In this document: in pieces, positions 57,668-64,000 of the stretch | Position numbering within the stretch: the first letter of the stretch is position 1 | How the letters are laid out: each line of letters opens with the position of its first letter | NCBI GenBank assembly: GCA_965603825.1 | Contig: CBFDEM010000029.1 | Coordinates: 124,001 to 188,000, forward strand | Reading direction: 5' to 3' | Origin: Blepharisma stoltei ATCC 30299 | Taxonomy: Eukaryota; Protista; Ciliophora | Length of the DNA stretch: 64,000 nucleotides | Position numbers and translations under genes: made by a program | Notes under the pieces: generated by a model | What the model was told of the DNA's origin: nothing | Seen by the model: the letters and a program-made list of their open reading frames with translations, nothing else | The model's database searches: none

Positions 57668-58474
57668 TTAATATGTAAGCGGTAAATTAATTCTTATAAT
57701 CTTCTTTTCTTCTAAATCGAATTTTATAATTTCTGAATCTCCAGTCAAAAAATACCATGCTTTATTGTAAAGAGCCTTACGTCCGATAATTCCTCCTTGC
57801 TCTGAACCTGCAAAATTTCCTATTAAATTCCAATTAAAAGGGTCATTTTTACCACTTTCAAAAATTTTCCCAGGGTAATCAATTAAGTAAGCTGAATCTT
57901 CAAAATTGCAAAGAAATTTTGTTTCATATCAAAGCAAAGAAATAGGGCATGAAGAAAAGGACAAAGTAAATAAATCTAAAGCAAATATTTTGTCCCAATC
58001 ATATCCTGTAACCAAAAGTATATCATTCAAAAAGGTAGAAGAGTATCAACGAGTTCTACTTGGAAGCTTTATCAATTTTTCCCATCTTCACTTATCTATA
58101 TTAAATCTCTCCGCAAATTCACCTCCAAAAACATAAACGCAATCTTTGTAATAAGTCCCACAGCATCCCAGGCTTGGTGTCCCTGTAGGGAGAACTTGAA
58201 CCTCATAATTTTCATTAAAAATAAAAGTAATTCCACTAAAATCTGCCCATCCTATTGTGTTTCCATAACAAAATAGCTTATTACCTGGTAATTGACAAAT
58301 ACAAATTCTTTCATCAATATTATTTTCAGGAATAATAAGTCTGTGAAGCGTTTTCTCAAAAGTTTCAAGGTCAAGTTCTATTAGATCAGACGTCTCATCA
58401 TAAAATCAGCAAATTTTGGACGTTTCGATTTCGCTTTCTTGATTGTATGGTAAAAGATTTTCCAAAATTTTCAT
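57668..58474 (-). CDS. Divergent kelch-like protein, copy 4 (268 aa); absent from ORF track
   Basis: ICICQLPGNKLFCYG, YYKDCVYVFGG.FAERFNIDKWRWEKL, KFDL. ATG 58474 and TAA 57668 are in the same frame with TGA=W. Confidence 0.78.
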
Positions 58475-58847
58475 TATTTATAAAAACACATAAATTAAAT
58501 TTTATGTGAAATTTATAATAAATAGAAAAATTCTGGAACGTCTATCAGCATATATAAAATTTTGCTAAAGACAAATGTCAACCCTATTACTTTTAGTATT
58601 TATTCTGTATTGGGAAATACAATCTCTATTTTATGTTCCGATAAGTTGGATAGAGTAAAAATTTGAAAACTGCTCGTCTTGCCATGCAAAGGAAAAAAAA
58701 ATATAAGAACAGTTGGGGAAATCTAAAAAATAAGAAGAAATAAGATGCAGAATATATATTAACTATTTGTAACTATAATTGATTAATTAGTACATAGACT
58801 TAGCATTCACTTGTATTAAAGCTATATATTTTAGTCTCAAAAAATGT

Positions 58848-59267
58848 TTATGCTTTAGAATGCACCTCTTTTATTTCCTTTTTTCTTAAATCAAATTTAA
58901 AAATTTGTATAAAAGCTGTTAAAAAATACCAGCAATCTTTATAAAACGCTCTTTGTCCATATGTCATTATTAAATCTTTTGAATTTCAATTTTCTACAAT
59001 ATTTCAGCTAAAAGGGTTATTAATCTCACTTTGAAATACTTTACCTGAAAAATCAATCAAGTACGCACAATTTTCATAACTGGAAAGCACTTTAATTACA
59101 TTACCTTTAAAATTCATAGAGCAAGCAGAAAAAGATAAGGTTAATAAATCAAAAACAAAAATATCCTCATATGAATAGCCTGAAGCTAATATTACGCCCC
59201 TCAAAGAAGTGCAAATACTTAGGAAAAAAAAAGAGACAATTTCAAAGTCAAGACAAGATATAACGTA
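58848..59267 (-). pseudogene. Kelch-like family, copy 5 (3' half only)
   Basis: DIFVFDLLTLSFSAC...AYLIDFSGKVFQS..NNPFSW...WYFLT...KFDL parallels the C-terminal half of copy 4; an in-frame TAA lies upstream at 59268. Confidence 0.65.
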
Positions 59268-59517
59268 TTATTTAGGCATCCATGAGTTATTATAACTCTA
59301 TGCACACACTAGCAAGTTTATATAACTCCGCTGACGAAAACTTAAATGAGTCCAGAACTAAAATTGGCGACTTATACACCCAATGCCACAAAATTCTGGT
59401 ATATTTTCAATTTAAAATAGCTTTGAATAAGATCGATTTCTTTAACTTAAATTTTTTAGATAATTAAAATCTTTTTGGATTTCCTTTATTAAAAATTGTC
59501 ATAATTTTATTGCTAAA

Positions 59518-60216
59518 ATGATGTCAATAAGAAGCCTGCGAAGAGTGTTTTCTTCAAACCCTATTCCTGAGTCTTCCACAGAGCAACAAAATGGTTTAGA
59601 TTACTATCAAACTCTTGAGTTTTTCAAGCCTATCATTTCTCTAACTAAAACACCGACTTACTTCAAAAACATTTCTCTGGTATCATTATTCCCTTTATTA
59701 GGAGGTGGAATATCAGTAATTGCGTGTCCTTATTTAGGCCTAATGCCAACTTTACTGCCAGAAATCGCAAAATATACTTGTGTTTATGCAGCACTTCATT
59801 CAACCTTTTTATCAGGTATTCATATAGGGCTTGGCTCAGTATTTTATGATCCTAATTTAATGAATGAAGACGGCCAATATATTAAAAAGCAGCTTGCGTT
59901 TCCTCTGATAGTGCCTGTAGTTAATTGGGCATTATGCTGCTTTATGTGGGCAGTCCCATGCAGTGAAATTAAATTTTTAAGCTATTTAGCTGCAATTGGA
60001 AGTGTTTATGTAGGGACTTTGGCATTAGACACAATGTATGTGGTGCAAAGGAAAACAGTTCCTTTATGGTACAGAAACTGGAAAGTTTGGATGACAATAG
60101 GATCTGTGTCTGGGTTGGGACTTTTAATAGCTGGCCTTTATATGCATCCAGAGCTTATTATAAAAATCAAATATTATGATGTGAAAGGTCTTAATGAAAT
60201 ACTTGAAGAACAATAG
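59518..60216 (+). CDS. TMEM69/DUF3429-family mitochondrial membrane protein
   Basis: Mitochondrial presequence MMSIRSLRRVFSS; YAALHSTFLSGIHIG and PLWYRNW motifs; several TMs. Confidence 0.75.
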   Translation: MMSIRSLRRVFSSNPIPESSTEQQNGLDYYQTLEFFKPIISLTKTPTYFKNISLVSLFPLLGGGISVIACPYLGLMPTLLPEIAKYTCVYAALHSTFLSGIHIGLGSVFYDPNLMNEDGQYIKKQLAFPLIVPVVNWALCCFMWAVPCSEIKFLSYLAAIGSVYVGTLALDTMYVVQRKTVPLWYRNWKVWMTIGSVSGLGLLIAGLYMHPELIIKIKYYDVKGLNEILEEQ

Positions 60217-60372
60217 CCAGTTATTAAATAAATTAACAAATAAGGTTAATTATGATCTATAAAGTTATAAGAAACAGAAATTCTATTTCTGCTTGGCATC
60301 AAGAAAAATAAGTTTTAATATTAATTAATCTTCATAATGGTTAATCTTGCTTACTTCATTGTTAAATAAAAT

Positions 60373-63300
60373 ATGTCTTTGAATAAAAAGTCTAAGAAAT
60401 ATGTTGGAAGCCCAGATTTTCACGATATGAGAGGCTTACTAAAAGAAGAATTCCAAAAAGGTTATTACACACTGAAAAAATCTTACCCAACAAGAGATGT
60501 TTCTCACATAAAGGATAAACTCACAAAGCTCCCTGCTTTATCATTGACTCCACTGCCTACTGAAATAGACCAACTTAAAAAGTTAAAAGAGTCTACCGAC
60601 TTTAAAGGCTTATCACCATCAATGAGTTCGCAGTTAGCTTTAAAAACCCACGTTTGCAATAGAGAGGGCTGCTTAGATATTTTTCATCACGCTCGGCAAT
60701 CAAGCACAGATCTTCCAAAACTAGGAACTTTTGATACTTATTCAGGCATGACAACTCCAGAAGTAATTGAAAGCGCATATCTAGGGAATCCAACTGGGAG
60801 GCAAGATATAAAGAATTTAAGGGAATGGTTCAATTACATGATAAAACATAATAAAAACCCAGAGGATTTAGACGTTATTTACTCGATGTGCGAAAAAGAA
60901 TTAATAAGGCAAGTATCTGTACAGTGTGTAGATAGAGGAAACTTGCTTAAAAGAATTCTGCGCCGAATTCCTAGTGAGTATGATTTAAAAGAAAAACAGT
61001 TGGAGCAAAAAACGAGAGAAATTATCAGACATAAAGAAGCGGAATTTGCAAAAGAACTAAAAACAATTAACAAAAAAAATCAGGAAACTATTAAAAATTA
61101 TGAAAATGAAATAGACAGGCTGCAAAAATTGGTCTATAAATATCAAAACGTTAACCCAAATCTAGCGAATAATATATTAGATAATAGGAGTAGGTGGAGA
61201 GAAGTCATGAGAATGTATGAAAACGAAAAAGATTACTGAGATAAAAAATTGTTAGAATTAACAGAGCTAAAAAAATCAAGGGCATCGGGTATCACTTCGG
61301 GAAACAAAAAAGTTGCATCAATTCTATGAAAGCAGAATAAATTAGAGAATTCAATTAGCAAGGATGAAGATTTTGTTGAGCCTCCAGGAGTTTTAGGAAC
61401 CTTAGGAGCTTTAGGAACCTCTGGAACTTTAGGAGTTCCAGGAATTGCAGGATTTCGAGAGTTATCTTTAAGAAGAAAAACAATTAAAACCTCAAGAGAT
61501 TCAATAATTGATATTGAAAGTGCTGAACTAAAAGTAAAGCGAAAAAACAAAGGTGTTCAGTTTGATTTTAATTCACTTTTAGAAGAAGCTTGGCAAGATT
61601 TAGAAAACCTGGCACCAGATGAAGATTTTTATGAAGACGAAAATGCAATAATAATCAATCAAATGGGTGGAATTCCTGATGTCTCTCCAAATGATGCTGC
61701 ATCAATTATCAAATTAATTAAGGTAGGGAATTCAGCAGCTTCTGATAAAAAAAATCCATATAATGGAGAGGAAATCGATAAAGATTATATGAACGCAAAT
61801 GCAATTAGCAAACGTCAAACTGAAAATAAAATACCTCAATTTAGCCCATCAATTCCAAAAATTGATATAAAAGAAATCGAAAACGATGCAAGATATGAAG
61901 AAAATTACGCAAAAAATTATAAGCACTCAGACACCATTTCTACTGAAGGAGATGGGCAGCTAAGAGCAGGGCAGCTTACAGTGAGTCCTTCAAGTAGAAA
62001 TTCTGAAGATGAGCTTTCTTCATCAAATTGCAGCATTGAGTCTAGAAATTTTCCAAATCTGCCAGGCGATACTAAAAGATCTCAAAGTCTGAGCCGCCAA
62101 GATACAGAAGAAAAAGAAGCTCAAATTCAAAAAGAAATAACTAAGCCATTTGTAAACAGAAAATCTATGATTTTTACAAGGCTGGCACCAACAGGGGAAA
62201 CAATTCAGTTTAACGTTAATTTTAATACAGATCTATCTGCAGATGAAGTCATCAATTTGTTAATTCCTGAAAACTCAAATAAAGAATCTTGGAAAGAAGG
62301 ATTCAGCACCGGCTTAGAGTTTGGAAAAGCTCAAGGATTCATAGATGGAGAAGATTTTGGAATTGAGCAGGGCAGATTAGCAGGCTATATTAAAGCCTTG
62401 CAAGAAAAAAAAGGCCTGAAAGAACTGATAAAAAATCAGGGAGATAAAAGTGAAGATGAGACTATAAATAGATCAGAAATCGCAATTGAAGACGCAACAA
62501 ACCAAAGCATAAAAGAAGAGTCCTCTGAGTTGTGGCCTGAAGAAATTAAAGAAGCAAAGAGATTAATGAAAAATGCAGTCAAAGTGAGATATAATGCTAG
62601 ATTAATGAAAAATAAAACTGATAAAGATTTTGGATTTGAAAGCATAAGAGATCCTTCATTGGATGGGACTATCAAAGAAGATAACTCTCTTCGAGTATTT
62701 AAGAAAGCTGAAAACTCACCTGATAACGGAAAAACAGATGGGCTTAAATTTTCATCTTATTTGAAAAAAGAAGCCAAAAAGAAAGATATGACAAAATTTT
62801 TTGAGTTTAAATTCAATCAAAGGGCAAACCAAGTTTCTACTAAAAAATTAGTGGCCTCAGGAATTATTGACAGGCTTATAAGGAAAAAATTGATATATAT
62901 AAAAAAGAAATCAACTATGAGCTCTCGAATGGTAAACAGAATTATTAACTCAGTTTACAGTTTTGCAATGACAAAACAAAAATCAGGAGAAATTATTGAA
63001 AACTTAGCTGAAATTATTTATGATGAATTTAACAAAAAATATGGCTTGAAAGCTGTGATTGACAAGAAGTTCATTGATTTTATTGCTTCCCTGTTTAAAT
63101 ATTCAGATTCTATAAAATCGATGATGTTTTTGAAGTTTTTAGGTTATGGGAAGAAGTTAGGATTGCAGGATTACAAGAGATTGAGCTTTCCATGGTTTTT
63201 AAGTTGCTTTAATTATATGTTGACATCAAAAACAGGCATAATGGCAGCATTTGACGACACTTCAAACAAAAATATGTTCCCTACGCTAAGAGCGATTGAA

Positions 63301-64000
63301 TACGTCAGAGATAAATTTGATTTTTTCGACAAACTTGCATTGACCAATTTAATTGGACAAATTGAAGATATTTCAACCCCAGACCCAAAACGCATCAACG
63401 CAAATGGCTTAGTTGAGCTTGATTCAATGCTAGAAATTGTAATTGACTCCTATGAGAACTACCAAAATAGAATAGAAGATGGAATTCTATATGCATTAAA
63501 AACAGTTGGATATGATGAAAACAACACAATTTCTAATGTAATTCTGCTTATCCTTGTCAGACATATCCTCCAGCATAAAATCTTTATTCCTCCAAAGGAT
63601 GAAGATTTTACAATTGATACTTTAAGCCCTAAGCAGAAAGCCTTTATCAATTTTATGCAAACAAATGAGAAAATAAACTTGGACGATCTCATGATAAAAT
63701 GCTTGGATTGCGATTTCTTTGAAATTAATGATTTCAAAATTTATTTTAATCCTCCAAAAGATTTAACAATTGAAAAGGTGCTTTCTGAAATTAATGCTGG
63801 GCTGGATGAAGTTATGGAAATTCTGGAGAAAATGAAAGAAAAGGAAGAAAAGAAGTGGAAAAGCTTGACAGTGAAGGAATGGAAGAAAAGGCTGGCAAGC
63901 TGTGAAGAAAATATTATTATCAAAGAACCAGCAAATACAATGTTTGAGTGGACGCTATATCAAGATGAATTGAGAAGAATAAAAGATGTATATTTGAGCT
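60373..64000 (+). CDS. Large protein (>1200 aa, runs off window) with axonemal dynein light chain (p28)-like domain; probable ciliary protein
   Basis: YSMCEKELIRQVSVQCVDRGNLLKRI matches the Ax_dynein_light motif. The frame continues via TGA at 61237 and 61327 and appears open to the window end; later KKYGLK...FIASL...MFLKFLG segment. Confidence 0.7.
61387..61455 (+). repeat. Coding 9-bp imperfect tandem repeat encoding (Gly-X-Y)8
   Basis: GGA-NNN-TTA-like units give GVLGTLGALGTSGTLGVPGIAGF. Confidence 0.7.

Noticed and set aside
51400-59500. Transposon or retained IES explaining the AT-rich island
   Set aside because: No transposase motif, terminal inverted repeats or TA-bounded insert interrupting a gene could be identified by eye; IESs cannot be called without germline reads.
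727-63923. Many short antisense or alternate-frame ORFs in the track (e.g. 727-954, 9126-9545, 29004-32698, 41590-41919, 62436-63923)
   Set aside because: They are shadows of real genes on the opposite strand or frame, S/F/L-rich, with no family motifs.
1-64000. Prokaryotic interpretation (operons, CRISPR, defence islands) or mass pseudogenisation
   Set aside because: The genes are eukaryotic (TFIIB, SNARE, UTP10). The fragmentation is explained by UGA=Trp and micro-introns. No repeat-spacer array was seen.

Overview
Gene-dense, AT-rich eukaryotic DNA, not prokaryotic. It is most consistent with the macronuclear (somatic) genome of a heterotrich ciliate such as Blepharisma; this is an inference from two sequence features. 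(1) TGA is read as tryptophan: in-frame TGAs fall on conserved Trp positions of Myb, cNMP-binding, TBC, PDE, EGF and Rrp6 domains, and every complete gene I traced ends in TAA or TAG. (2) Introns are tiny, 15-16 nt, GT..AG, with an A at position 10 or 11; I found 14. The supplied ORF track is therefore heavily fragmented. Re-reading by hand gives about 37 intact or probable genes and about 5 decayed copies. Recognisable genes include TFIIB, an alveolate-type PKG, SIKE, RCC1-TBC, syntaxin, R2R3-Myb, UQCC1-like, RPAP3-like, UTP10, a membrane PDE, Pumilio, a CTD phosphatase, CLEC16A and TMEM69. Highlights: a dually acylated orthologue-like copy of the apicomplexan rhoptry-positioning protein ARO, hidden by three micro-introns; a GST-like/ankyrin/Rrp6-type exonuclease fusion; an intact pseudo-Rab absent from the ORF track; a carbonic-anhydrase-like surface protein lacking zinc ligands; a fast-evolving 51-59 kb island of duplicated kelch-like and TM genes; and a strong gene-class bias in TGA versus TGG usage. 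No rRNA, tRNA, telomeric array, transposase or CRISPR was recognised. All family assignments come from motif recall, not database searches.
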